Below, one piece after another: positions 40,827 to 50,201 of a stretch of 64,000 nt of DNA. The position numbers and the translations under genes were made by a program. The stretch is from Gammaproteobacteria bacterium (GTDB lineage: Bacteria; Pseudomonadota; Gammaproteobacteria; JAADHS01). Under the pieces are notes generated by a model. That model ran no database searches and was not told the DNA's origin. It worked only from the letters and a program-made list of their open reading frames with translations. The DNA lies in the NCBI GenBank assembly GCA_013151745.1, contig JAADHS010000078.1:255-64254 (forward strand), written 5' to 3'. The first letter of the stretch is position 1. Each line of letters starts with the position of its first letter.

Positions 40827-41435
40827 ATGTTGATGAAAAAACGTTCGATCTTGCTTGGGCTATCAATCACTGCATCACTGCTTTTATTACAGGCTTGTGC
40901 GAGTAAAGTGGCCTATGAAGACGCGACCGAGGTTGAGACAACAACCCTCGAGTTCGGTTCTACTGATTTGCAGCAGATTGCGGTTAAAATGGTCGATTCG
41001 GTATTATCTTTTCCGCCGGTAGTTGAAGTGACGAACCAGCGTCGTCCAGTGATGTTTGTTGATAAAATCAAAAACAAAACTACGGAGCATATTGATACAG
41101 AGTCGATTACAGATACGATTTCTACTCGTATTTTGCGTTCTGGAAAATTTCGTTTTGTCGATATGACTAAAGCAGCGGAAGTACGCGAGCAACTGGCATT
41201 TCAAAATGAAAGTGGTATGGTTAACCGTAATACAGCGGCACAAATCGGGCGTCAGATCGGAGCGGAATACATGATGTACGGTAACCTGAGCAGCATTGTG
41301 AAAAAAAATAATAAAGTGAAGGATGTCTATTACAAGTTTACCCTTAAGCTAATGCATCTTGAGAGTGGCATTATTGAGTGGTCTGATGAAAAAGAGATTC
41401 GCAAACGGCGCAAAAAGTCGCTATTTGGGTTATAG
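40827..41435 (+). CDS. LpoB-like lipoprotein (penicillin-binding-protein activator family)
   Basis: Lipobox LQAC. Length of about 200 aa. Conserved LpoB-like blocks (PVMFVDKIKNKT, SGKFRFVDM, AAQIGRQIGAEYMMYGNLSSI). It starts 1 nt after the ycfL-like gene stop. Confidence 0.6.
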   Translation: MLMKKRSILLGLSITASLLLLQACASKVAYEDATEVETTTLEFGSTDLQQIAVKMVDSVLSFPPVVEVTNQRRPVMFVDKIKNKTTEHIDTESITDTISTRILRSGKFRFVDMTKAAEVREQLAFQNESGMVNRNTAAQIGRQIGAEYMMYGNLSSIVKKNNKVKDVYYKFTLKLMHLESGIIEWSDEKEIRKRRKKSLFGL

Positions 41436-41501
41436 GGTGGACAGGGGAAACGTAGCTAACAAATAAGAAAAACGGGTGTTTTAAAACTGGGAACAACGCA
41501 T

Positions 41502-41645
41502 ATGGATCCGTGGTTAAAAGAAAACATGCACAGTATCATGATGGTTATTGGTGCTGCTAGTTTAGTGGGTGTTATTGGTATATTTGTGACCTATTTCGTA
41601 ATTAAGCGACGCATCCAAAAAAAGAAAAACAAGGATGCTGCGTAG
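41502..41645 (+). CDS. Possible 47-aa single-TM micro-protein
   Basis: MDPWLKENMHSIMMVIGAASLVGVIGIFVTYFVIKRRIQKKKNKDAA has one TM helix and a basic tail. It is not in the ORF track because it is under 60 aa. There is no homology evidence. Confidence 0.3.
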   Translation: MDPWLKENMHSIMMVIGAASLVGVIGIFVTYFVIKRRIQKKKNKDAA

Positions 41646-41708
41646 AGATTTTGTCAGGATAAATTTTGCTTGTTTTCTATTTTTTATTGAACAGGCTGGG
41701 GGCATATA

Positions 41709-42230
41709 ATGTACAAGCGAGCGGTGTTTTATTCTTTCATTTCGATGGCGGTGGTCTTGCTGACGGGTTGTAGTTTGGGCATGAGTGTAACAGGTAGCGC
41801 GGTGATGCTCAAAGGAGATCTTCCAATGCAGCCTTCACCTGTTGAGCAGGTACAGATTTTATTGGAAACTGAAAATATCGATTACCAAGTCGTTGCACTG
41901 GTTAATGCCAGCGTTAGTTTGGCTGAACCTGTGGATATTGCTATTGCTGAAGGCAAAGTACTCCAGGAGTTGAAAAATCAAGCTGCTCTCGCGGGTGCAA
42001 ATGGCATTCTTGAAGTGGTTCGCGAAGTGTTAGTGGGGGATGCCTTGATTTCTACAATGCGTTATGGAGGGGTTGATGGTCATAGTCCTCTTGACCATAA
42101 TACTCTTGATCATGATCGACATGATTTAACACAAACCTTACCCATAGAGTATAGTTCAATCGATTCCAGTCGAACCTCTATCTCTCAGTCTTATACGGTG
42201 TATTTTAGAGGTAAAGCAGTGCGCTTTTAG
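41709..42230 (+). CDS. Lipoprotein of unknown function
   Basis: Signal peptide plus lipobox LLTGC. 173 aa with an Asp/His-rich C-terminal part (DGHSPLDHNTLDHDRHD). Confidence 0.55.
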   Translation: MYKRAVFYSFISMAVVLLTGCSLGMSVTGSAVMLKGDLPMQPSPVEQVQILLETENIDYQVVALVNASVSLAEPVDIAIAEGKVLQELKNQAALAGANGILEVVREVLVGDALISTMRYGGVDGHSPLDHNTLDHDRHDLTQTLPIEYSSIDSSRTSISQSYTVYFRGKAVRF

Positions 42231-42438
42231 CAGGTGGTTGGTTTTTTCAGGATAGGCTGATGCCGGGTTTTCTTACTACAGTGGCGATGTTTTTTTGTTG
42301 CTAAACCGACTAAGTACTTCCCCTTACGTGCGGGATGAGTTGAAAATTCTCCTGGAGAAAATGACTTGATATTTGTTTTTGTTTGTGTAAAATGCCTGAA
42401 ACTTTCTTCCTGAAGTCAGACATTACGCAGATAGTACA

Positions 42439-42792
42439 GTGATGAATAAAGCATTTACAAAAAGAGAGCTCACCTTTCAAAATGTTGTATTGTTGGGAAC
42501 AGGGGGGCTCAGTGCTGAGAATCGGCGATCAGGATTTGTTCCTGTGTTTTTAGATACTGAGCGTGCAGAAGTTCACCCATCTTGTTATGCCAATGGACAG
42601 ATAGCAAGTATTCATATTCTCGATGGTTTGCCTGAACATTTAATTCTGGCCAATGAAGCATCGGGGGCGGTGAGCCAAGTCAAAAGAAGTGTCGTTCCCG
42701 GTTTTCTGCGTAAAGGGCAGTTTTATACTCGTGAAGAAGCCGCTAATGTGGTTCAGAGTGAGCTGGCATGTAACCCAATTCCAGTAGGTTAA
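42439..42792 (+). CDS. Hypothetical protein (117 aa)
   Basis: The ORF has normal codon composition and no recognisable motif. It is flanked by sizeable intergenic regions. Confidence 0.35.
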   Translation: MMNKAFTKRELTFQNVVLLGTGGLSAENRRSGFVPVFLDTERAEVHPSCYANGQIASIHILDGLPEHLILANEASGAVSQVKRSVVPGFLRKGQFYTREEAANVVQSELACNPIPVG

Positions 42793-43091
42793 TTATCTTG
42801 CAATGTTAATGTTTTAGCTTTGTAGGCGCTAGTCTACAACTTCCTTCGCTATTCTGTGATTATATACTCTCTGTTTATTAATGCGCTGGGCACGACTTAT
42901 TTCGTGCGGACGTTCGTTATGCTTTGTGCGAGAGTCTAATGGTAAGCAGGGTGCGTCTATATTTTTGTCTCTGTAAGCCGACAGGATTAAAGAAGGTAAA
43001 GTTTTATTCGTGTGTTGTCCCCCTGATTTCTAACGTATACAACGCTGCCTCAATACCTCGTGGCGGCTGAAGATTTCATTCTTGTTGCATC

Positions 43092-43457
43092 TTAATCATT
43101 TTTTGCTCCATTTTTTATCCAATGGTAGATTGCCCATTTTTCTTGTTCATTGAGTTTGCCTCCTTTAGGCATGCGTCCTGTTGCAATCATGAAATACAAT
43201 CGGCTTGTTAAAGGTTGCTTTGGTGTTACTACGGTTTGAACACTGTCGTATGATAATAAATAGGGGGGGCGTCCACTGTGACAGTAAACGCAATGTTTAC
43301 GAAAAACATTTTCAACTAACCAGGTATAGGTTGGTTTAATGTCAGAGCTGATAGGTAAATTAGATGGCGGGGCTTGTATTTCAATGGTTTCACAAGAAAC
43401 AACGAATACAAACAAACTGGTTAAAAAAAAGATACATGCTATTTTTTTCATAAACAC
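43092..43457 (-). CDS. Small monoheme c-type cytochrome (exported, possibly lipoprotein)
   Basis: Signal peptide MFMKKIACIFFLTSLFVFVVSC. A single CxxCH (HCVYCHSG). A downstream Met (IATGRMPKGG) is a plausible sixth ligand. 121 aa. Confidence 0.65.
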   Translation of the reverse strand: MFMKKIACIFFLTSLFVFVVSCETIEIQAPPSNLPISSDIKPTYTWLVENVFRKHCVYCHSGRPPYLLSYDSVQTVVTPKQPLTSRLYFMIATGRMPKGGKLNEQEKWAIYHWIKNGAKND

Positions 43458-44220
43458 AATGTTCTTAAAATAAATAAGTTTTAACTGAGGCCGGTTTGTA
43501 TTAGGTTTAGGTGGTTGAAACGATTTTTCGATGTTGTTTTTTTGATTTTTTTGATCGTTATTGTTATTTTATTTCTAGAGTATTGGAGCGAAAGAGTACT
43601 CGATAGCGTACAAATTTACAATCTTTGTTAGGTGTTAAGCTTGCCTTCTTTGAAGGTGGGTGCTCTCAATACGAATCGGTTTGACGTTATAGAACAGAGC
43701 GCCAAACAGAAAAGCTTCATCTCTATCAAAAAATCGGTAAGATTGTAACAATAGACATTGCTCAGTTGTATTAGTGCCTTCTCTGGGTAAAAATACAGCG
43801 AATTTAATTCGAAAATGTGGGTCGTTTTTTTTAGGGTGTCTGTTTAGTTTAAGATTGAATTGTAGAACGGAAAATATAAAAATAGCAATCAATATAAATG
43901 GATGAATATTTCAATATTGATTTGTTAAGGTCTACGATACGGAACAAGTTTCTGACAAAATCATAAGCAGACTCTATTGGCTGAAAAATTAGACGTAGGT
44001 ATTTTTAGAGCGATATATAAGGCTTGAACAGGCTATGTTATGGGTTTATCCTGACTTAGCGGAAGGGAGAAAGAAAGCTTTGTTTGGAATTTTGGTGGGG
44101 CAAGAAAAACGGTAGACACAGGCAAAGTAAGTACTTATACTTATCTTTTTTGTTTTCATAAATTTTGCTGCGCATTATGGAAAGCGGGTTGAAGGCAGTA
44201 GGTGAGTTAACCATAAGTTT

Positions 44221-45222
44221 ATGGAAGGGGGACTGGGCGTGAAGACGAGTGTTTTACAAGATGGACATGTTAGTCATGCTTCTTTCCCTGTTTCGATATG
44301 GCGATTATTGCAATTCATCAGTGTCTCTATCGTGATTGTTTGTATTGTTGGGTTATTTGTCAGGCCTGATCTCACTTTATTTTTTATATGGAACATACTC
44401 ATTCCCGTTGTCCCTCTATTGTTGTTTGTTGCTCCAGGGCTGTGGAGAAACCTTTGCCCTCTCGTAACATTGAATCAATTGCCACGAATGATGGGGTTAG
44501 GAGGTAGCAAGCGTCTATCGCCATGGTTTGTTGCGCACTGCGGCATCATCAGTATTATTTTGTTGTTGATCATTGTGTCATGTCGAAAAATTGTTTTTAA
44601 CGACAATGCTGTTGCGCTTGCTGGTTTGCTGATTTTTCTGGCGCTTATAGCTATATTTATGGGAGTCAGATACAAAGGTAAAAGTGGTTGGTGTACCAGT
44701 TTTTGCCCGATGTTGTCTGTCGAGCGTTTATATGGGCAGGGCGCTGCTCTCGATATTGTTCATAGCCATTGTCAGCCCTGTGTGGGGTGTACTAAACATT
44801 GTGGCGATCTTAAGTCTAAATTGCGAACCTCCTCGCCTGTGCGAGGTAAAGCGCCGATGACCTATCTTATGTTCTTTGCCAGTATCTTTCCGGGTTTTAT
44901 CTTTGCTTATTACCTTGTGCCTGACCCAGTTATGTTGAATTGGTTGGAAATCGGGCGTATGTATGGCTATTTTATAGTTTATTGCTCAATAAGTGCCAGT
45001 ATCTTTTTTTTAGTTAAGGTTTTATTCCGGATCAGTTCAATAAAAATGACCATTTTATATGGTGCTGCTGCATTCAACATATATTACTGGTTTAATGCCC
45101 CGCTGATGGGGTCTCATTTTCCGTTAGATTTTCAAAAGGAAGTCGATATTGCAATCCGCGTGTTGGTTGGTGGATTGTCATTGTTATGGCTGGTACATGC
45201 TTATCGTAAGACCAGCCATTGA
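44221..45222 (+). CDS. Polytopic membrane protein with ferredoxin-like Cys cluster (C-x2-C-x2-C-x3-C plus C-x3-CP)
   Basis: At least 6 predicted TM helices. Between helices lies WCTSFCPMLSVERLYGQGAALDIVHSHCQPCVGCTKHCGD, a CxxCxxCxxxC [4Fe-4S]-type motif preceded by a CxxxCP half-motif. Confidence 0.55.
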   Translation: MEGGLGVKTSVLQDGHVSHASFPVSIWRLLQFISVSIVIVCIVGLFVRPDLTLFFIWNILIPVVPLLLFVAPGLWRNLCPLVTLNQLPRMMGLGGSKRLSPWFVAHCGIISIILLLIIVSCRKIVFNDNAVALAGLLIFLALIAIFMGVRYKGKSGWCTSFCPMLSVERLYGQGAALDIVHSHCQPCVGCTKHCGDLKSKLRTSSPVRGKAPMTYLMFFASIFPGFIFAYYLVPDPVMLNWLEIGRMYGYFIVYCSISASIFFLVKVLFRISSIKMTILYGAAAFNIYYWFNAPLMGSHFPLDFQKEVDIAIRVLVGGLSLLWLVHAYRKTSH

Positions 45223-45422
45223 GTCGATGCTTTTAGAGGTTAGGGGAGAAGTTATATATGTGCAACCTTCCGGCGCCAGGCACGCCTCCGGCTTTGCCTG
45301 GGGTCGGTGTTTGATCATTTGCCTTGTCCCTAAATGCTAGGGTGTGAGCTATATACATCCATGCAGGCAAAACGTAGGAGCGAGAGTCGTGAAGTTGCTA
45401 AGGTCAGGTTTGTTTGTAAGAT

Positions 45423-45689
45423 TTAGCGACGGCGGCCGCCTCGTTTATTTTTAGGTTCTTCAAAATTGACACGTAGCGATTTACCGGCAAAATCTCTACC
45501 ATTGAGACCGGCAATAGCAGCCCGTGCTTCGTGGCCTTCCATCTCAATAAAACCAAAACCTTTGCATTTATTGGTAAAAACATCCATTGCCAGTTTGATG
45601 GAACGTACAGTTCCATATTCAGAGAAGAGCTCAGTAACTTCACTTTCATTGACGGAGGAGGCCAGATTGCCGACAAAGAGCTTTTTCAT
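45423..45689 (-). CDS. RNA-binding protein with a single RRM (RNP-1/RNP-2) domain and Arg/Gly tail
   Basis: RNP-2 LFVGNL and RNP-1 KGFGFIEM, with a C-terminal RGGRRR. Start taken at MKKLFVGNL. Confidence 0.8.
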   Translation of the reverse strand: MKKLFVGNLASSVNESEVTELFSEYGTVRSIKLAMDVFTNKCKGFGFIEMEGHEARAAIAGLNGRDFAGKSLRVNFEEPKNKRGGRRR

Positions 45690-45754
45690 AAGTTGCATCC
45701 TTACAATTCAGGCGTACAAGCACAAAGGCATAAGCGCCAAGCAAAAAAAGCGTA

Positions 45755-45780
45755 TTAAAAAGCCCTGACTAGCAGGGCTT
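45755..45780 (-). terminator. Rho-independent terminator downstream of cspA
   Basis: On the minus strand: GCCCTG-ctagt-CAGGGC hairpin followed by TTTTTA. Confidence 0.5.
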
Positions 45781-45798
45781 TAAATTACAAGATCTAAA

Positions 45799-46002
45799 TT
45801 ATTGAGGCTGAACTTGAGCAGCCTGCAGACCTTTAGGGCCGCTTTCTACTTCATAATTTACAGTTTGGCCTTCAGCCAGAGTTTTAAAACCGTCACCAAC
45901 AATTGCGCGAAAATGTACAAAGACGTCTTCGCTACCATCATTAGGGCTGATAAAACCAAATCCTTTTGATTCGTTGAACCATTTAACTGTACCGGTATTC
46001 AT
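45799..46002 (-). CDS. cspA: Cold-shock protein (CspA family)
   Basis: [15 protein letters not shown]...VFVHF cold-shock domain. 67 aa. A long (about 285 nt) upstream untranslated region separates it from rhlE. Confidence 0.92.
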   Translation of the reverse strand: MNTGTVKWFNESKGFGFISPNDGSEDVFVHFRAIVGDGFKTLAEGQTVNYEVESGPKGLQAAQVQPQ

Positions 46003-46287
46003 TGATATATATCCTCAAAACTAAAAAAACAAATAAAACAGCATGTCGATGACGCAATGAGGATTCAGAGAGGTGCCAAATGGTAATCTAAGAAAGCCAG
46101 CTATGAGTCAACGCAGGCGGAAGCACTATAGCCTATTTCCCAGAAAAAATCTAAATTATTTTATAATGATTTTTTAAGGTTGCTTGAAGTGGATCCTGTC
46201 AGCTCAAAACCACTCTAATAGTATTTGTATTATTGTCTAGATTTAATTTGGAGTAGGGCTGGGTCGCTGGGATCTCGTTTTTATCGT

Positions 46288-47562
46288 TTAACGGGTCTGT
46301 TTATTTCTTGTCGAGTTCTTGCTGTCTGATTGCGCTCTTCTTCGTCGAGGTTTTGTGTGTGCTTTAGTTTTTGCCTTTTTTCCTCGTGATGGCGTTCCTT
46401 TTTTCCCTAATTGAGTGGTAGGTAGGGTATGGCTGGGTGTAAAACCATCGATCAATATGCGTGGTAATAATTTTCCAATCAAGTTTTCTATGTCGGATAA
46501 AACATCCACCTCGTCGGCACAAACTAGAGAAATAGCTTCTCCAGAGGCGCCAGCCCGGCCCGTTCGGCCAATTCTATGTACATAATTTTCAGCGACATCA
46601 GGTAAATCAAAATTAATAACATGAGGTAATTCAGAGATATCAATACCCCTTGCTGCGATATCAGTTGCGACTAGGATTTTTATTTCGCCTTTCTTAAAGC
46701 CGGCTAAAGCTCGCGTACGAGCACCCTGACTTTTGTCGCCGTGAATGGCTGCGGCATGAATTTTTTTTGTTTCCAGTTGTTTCACTAAACGGTTTGCGCC
46801 ATGTTTGGTTCGTGAAAAAACCAAGACCTGATCCCAGTTATTTTCCCGAATTAAATGGGTTAACAACCGAGGTTTATCTTTTTTATCTACCGGATGTATG
46901 ATTTGTTTGACTGTGGTAGCGGTGGTATTGCGTGGGCTGACCTCTATTTCTACTGGATTGTGGAGCAGTCCTTTGGTTAACTTGCGAATGTCGTTTGAAA
47001 ATGTTGCGGAAAACATTAAGTTTTGCCGGTTTTTAGGCAGTAGGGCTAATATTTTACGAATGTCATTGATGAAGCCCATATCAAGCATGCGGTCTGCTTC
47101 ATCTAATACCAAAATTTCTAACTCGTTAAATTTGATGGCGTTTTGGTTACATAGGTCCATTAAACGACCCGGGGTGGCAACCAAAACATCAACACCACGT
47201 CGCAATTGCATCATTTGGGGATTAATCTTAACTCCACCAAACACGACGCTAGAACGCAAAGAAAGATATTTGGCATATTGTTTGACGCTCTCGTTAACTT
47301 GGGCTGCAAGCTCACGGGTTGGAGTTAAGACTAATGCTCTTACTCTGTTTGGCTTGGCGCACGACCCTTTGACGAGACGCTGCAATAGTGGCAAGGTGAA
47401 ACCTGCGGTTTTCCCTGTTCCTGTCTGCGCTGCCGCCATAACATCTCGCCCGGCGAGAATAGAAGGAATGACTTGAGCCTGTATAGAAGTTGGTTTTTCG
47501 TAGCCTTTGTCGTGTAGTGCTTGTAAAAGAGGGGCAGATAAACCTAGAGAGGAGAACGTCAT
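46288..47562 (-). CDS. rhlE: ATP-dependent DEAD-box RNA helicase (RhlE-like) with basic C-terminal tail
   Basis: Q-motif (F..L.L...L), [31 protein letters not shown]. The C-terminal K/R-rich extension is typical of RhlE. Confidence 0.9.
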   Translation of the reverse strand: MTFSSLGLSAPLLQALHDKGYEKPTSIQAQVIPSILAGRDVMAAAQTGTGKTAGFTLPLLQRLVKGSCAKPNRVRALVLTPTRELAAQVNESVKQYAKYLSLRSSVVFGGVKINPQMMQLRRGVDVLVATPGRLMDLCNQNAIKFNELEILVLDEADRMLDMGFINDIRKILALLPKNRQNLMFSATFSNDIRKLTKGLLHNPVEIEVSPRNTTATTVKQIIHPVDKKDKPRLLTHLIRENNWDQVLVFSRTKHGANRLVKQLETKKIHAAAIHGDKSQGARTRALAGFKKGEIKILVATDIAARGIDISELPHVINFDLPDVAENYVHRIGRTGRAGASGEAISLVCADEVDVLSDIENLIGKLLPRILIDGFTPSHTLPTTQLGKKGTPSRGKKAKTKAHTKPRRRRAQSDSKNSTRNKQTR

Positions 47563-47767
47563 AAATTACCTATATTTACCCCTATTTGGTTTAATCCAAT
47601 AGGGGAATAAACTTGTTGTGTTTGCAGAATATAATTGACTCATCTGGCATTGCAACGAATCCAGCCGAGTCGATTTTTAATGGCGTTGTGTTGCTATTGA
47701 GTGCGCTTTGAATGTGTTTCTAGTGTTGTATTGAGGGCAAAACGTATTTTACCTCATTCTGTTTTAG

Positions 47768-47843
47768 TGGTGGCCAGGGACAGAATCGAACTGCCGACAC
47801 GGGGATTTTCAGTCCCCTGCTCTACCGACTGAGCTACCTGGCC
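47768..47843 (-). tRNA. tRNA-Phe (anticodon GAA)
   Basis: The reverse complement reads GGCCAGGTAGCTCAGTCGGTAGAGCAGGGGACTGAAAATCCCCGTGTCGGCAGTTCGATTCTGTCCCTGGCCACCA. It is 76 nt and CCA is encoded. Confidence 0.92.
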
Positions 47844-48065
47844 ATTGAGGCGTGTACCGAGTGTGATGACTTCAGTTTGACTTTTGATTTGTCTGTTTCA
47901 ACGAAAGTCCGCTATTAAACCGATCTCAAGGCTCTGAGTCAAGGGGTAATGTCATTTATTTCTTTTCTTTAGGGTGATTTTGTCCTAAAACCCTGATTTC
48001 TGCCTAATGTTTGAAGCGGATGGTAGAATAAATACTTTTGAATTGACTGAAATAGGTATGTAGTC

Positions 48066-49052
48066 GTGTTAGGTTTTTTTACCATGGGAACGATGTTGTT
48101 ATTGGTTTCGGCATTGGTTTTTGCACAGGAGCATGAAGATCAATGTATTCATTGTCATGTGGAGCCGCCGCATTTGTCAGGAGGTGAGGCATGCCAGACC
48201 TGTCATGGCGCCGAGTTTGATCCATCTCATGGCAAGAAGAGGGTCGTATTAGATCAACCTCTCTTTAAAGCAAACAAGTCGAGCGTGGCCTCTACGAATT
48301 TATTGCCACCGGGCATGAGTGTGCCTATGTATTATCCGAAGTCTCGTTTAGGTGACGCACCTAATGAAATGATTGTGATTCCTGCGGGTGATTTTATTCG
48401 AGGAACCAACGACCGCCTTGCCGATGAAGGGCCGGAGCATGTGGTTCACCTCGACGAGTATTTCATCGATAAATTTGAAGTGACTAATTTACAATACAAG
48501 CGTTATATTGATGATGTGGGGCGGCGAGCGCCAGAGCATTTTGATGAACGTCAAGTTCCTGAGGGTAAAGCGGATCACCCGGTGACCTTTGTGAGTTGGA
48601 AAAATGCGCAGACTTATTGTCAATGGGCAGGAAAGCGCTTGCCAACGGATCAAGAATGGGAAAAAGCGGCTAGAGGTCTTGATGCTCGTACCTTTCCGTG
48701 GGGTAATGAGTTTGAGATGCACAATGCCAATACACCGGTGAGATGGGAGACTTTGGGTGAAGAGGGCGATACGTCTCCTGTCGGGGCTTTTGCTGCAGGG
48801 AAGAGTCCCTATGGTCTTTACGATGTGTCGGGTAATGTGTGGGAATGGACGGATGCTTGGTACATGGCGTATCCCAATAATATGCGGCAGACGGAAAACT
48901 ATGGGAAAAAATATCGTACCTTGAAAGGCGGATCGTGGTGGGATTGCTCGTTTTATAAGTGTGGAATTTCTGCTCCGGTTTATAATCGCAGTTTTTTTAA
49001 TCCTAAAGTGAAAAATTCCAGTTTTGGGTTTCGCTGTGCAAAAGATGCTTAG
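48066..49052 (+). CDS. Exported FGE-sulfatase (SUMF1/formylglycine-generating-enzyme-like) domain protein with N-terminal diheme cytochrome c module
   Basis: Signal peptide. Two CxxCH motifs (CIHCH, CQTCH) within the first 50 residues. The canonical FGE-domain blocks follow: MIVIPAGDFIRG, HPVTFVSWKNAQTYCQWAGKRLPTDQEWEKAARG, YGLYDVSGNVWEWT, RTLKGGSWW, FRCAKD. Confidence 0.75.
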   Translation: MLGFFTMGTMLLLVSALVFAQEHEDQCIHCHVEPPHLSGGEACQTCHGAEFDPSHGKKRVVLDQPLFKANKSSVASTNLLPPGMSVPMYYPKSRLGDAPNEMIVIPAGDFIRGTNDRLADEGPEHVVHLDEYFIDKFEVTNLQYKRYIDDVGRRAPEHFDERQVPEGKADHPVTFVSWKNAQTYCQWAGKRLPTDQEWEKAARGLDARTFPWGNEFEMHNANTPVRWETLGEEGDTSPVGAFAAGKSPYGLYDVSGNVWEWTDAWYMAYPNNMRQTENYGKKYRTLKGGSWWDCSFYKCGISAPVYNRSFFNPKVKNSSFGFRCAKDA

Positions 49053-49056
49053 AGTG

Positions 49057-50019
49057 ATGGCTGAAAAAGTAAAAAAAACAAGTCAGCTATTTTGGATGCT
49101 GCTCGTGTTGTTGGCGCTGATGGCGTGTAGCTCTGATGAGAAGGAGCAAAAAGAGGTCTTGTTAGAACCGGATATGGCCTATATTCCATCTGGTTCTTTT
49201 ATTATGGGAAGTGATAAAAAAGATGAAGCGAATATACAAAAAGAATTCGGTTTTGTTGATCCGTTATTTGAAAATGAACATCCAGAACACCAGGTCACGT
49301 TGGCTGGTTTTCATCTCGATTTGAGAGAAGTTAGCAATGCCGATTACAAAAAGTTTGTTGTGGAGACAAAATATCCGGATCCCGTAGCCTGGATACAGAA
49401 TGGCTATAACGTTCATTGGGATGTTCTGGAGCAGTCAACGTTGGAGCGTTTGCAATCTATAGCCAATGACTATTTTAAACTGGATAGGGATACGTCGGCT
49501 ATGTCTAAAGAGTCTTTATTGAAAGACATTGCTGCATTGCAACGCCAGCGTGATCAGCTCCCGGTGATGGGGATCAATTGGTATGATGCTTATAGTTATT
49601 GTCAGTGGGAAAAAAAGCGTTTGCCGACAGAACAAGAATGGGAGAAAGCGGCGCGGGGTTCGCAAGGAAATATCTATCCGTGGGGCAATGAATGGCGCGA
49701 AGAGTTAACCAATACCGGGGAAGCTGGGGAACAAAAAACGACCTTGCTTGCCGTGGGTTCAGTGACAGGAGACCGTTCACCTTACGGTGTGTTTGATATG
49801 GGTGGGAACGTTTCAGAGTGGACGGATAGTTGGTATCGAGCTTATCCGGGTTCAAAGCATACGAGCGAAATCTATGGCGACTTTCATAGAGTCATTCGTG
49901 GCGGGGGTGCTGGGGTGGGGCACTATGCAATCAGTACTTTTTTTCGGGCAAGCAAACGGGGGCATGCTGATCCTTCGTCGCTGAGTACCGATGTGGGTTT
50001 CCGTTGTGCAAAAGATTGA
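49057..50019 (+). CDS. FGE-sulfatase-domain lipoprotein (paralogue of the upstream gene, no heme motif)
   Basis: The ATG at 49057 gives the lipoprotein signal MAEKVKKTSQLFWMLLVLLALMAC. The ORF-track start 49024 would overlap the upstream stop. FGE blocks: MAYIPSGSFIMG, PVMGINWYDAYSYCQWEKKRLPTEQEWEKAARG, YGVFDMGGNVSEWT, RVIRGG, FRCAKD. Confidence 0.7.
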   Translation: MAEKVKKTSQLFWMLLVLLALMACSSDEKEQKEVLLEPDMAYIPSGSFIMGSDKKDEANIQKEFGFVDPLFENEHPEHQVTLAGFHLDLREVSNADYKKFVVETKYPDPVAWIQNGYNVHWDVLEQSTLERLQSIANDYFKLDRDTSAMSKESLLKDIAALQRQRDQLPVMGINWYDAYSYCQWEKKRLPTEQEWEKAARGSQGNIYPWGNEWREELTNTGEAGEQKTTLLAVGSVTGDRSPYGVFDMGGNVSEWTDSWYRAYPGSKHTSEIYGDFHRVIRGGGAGVGHYAISTFFRASKRGHADPSSLSTDVGFRCAKD

Positions 50020-50201
50020 ACGTAACCATTCAGACCCCTCTGAAATTTGTCATTTCTACGTTTACCCTCAAGGGGCGCCTAGGAAAAATGATTATTTGCA
50101 CTTTTAAGTTCACGCAATCGCCCTGAATTGACAAATTCAGAGGGGGCTGAAACGGTTCGGTTCCGGTTGAGCAGTTGGTGTGAGGGCGTTATTACGTGCC
50201 C

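Noticed and set aside
43635-43892. 85-aa minus-strand ORF in the AT-rich 43458-44220 intergenic region
   Set aside because: It has low-complexity AT-driven composition, no start context and no motif. The region is more plausibly regulatory or non-coding.
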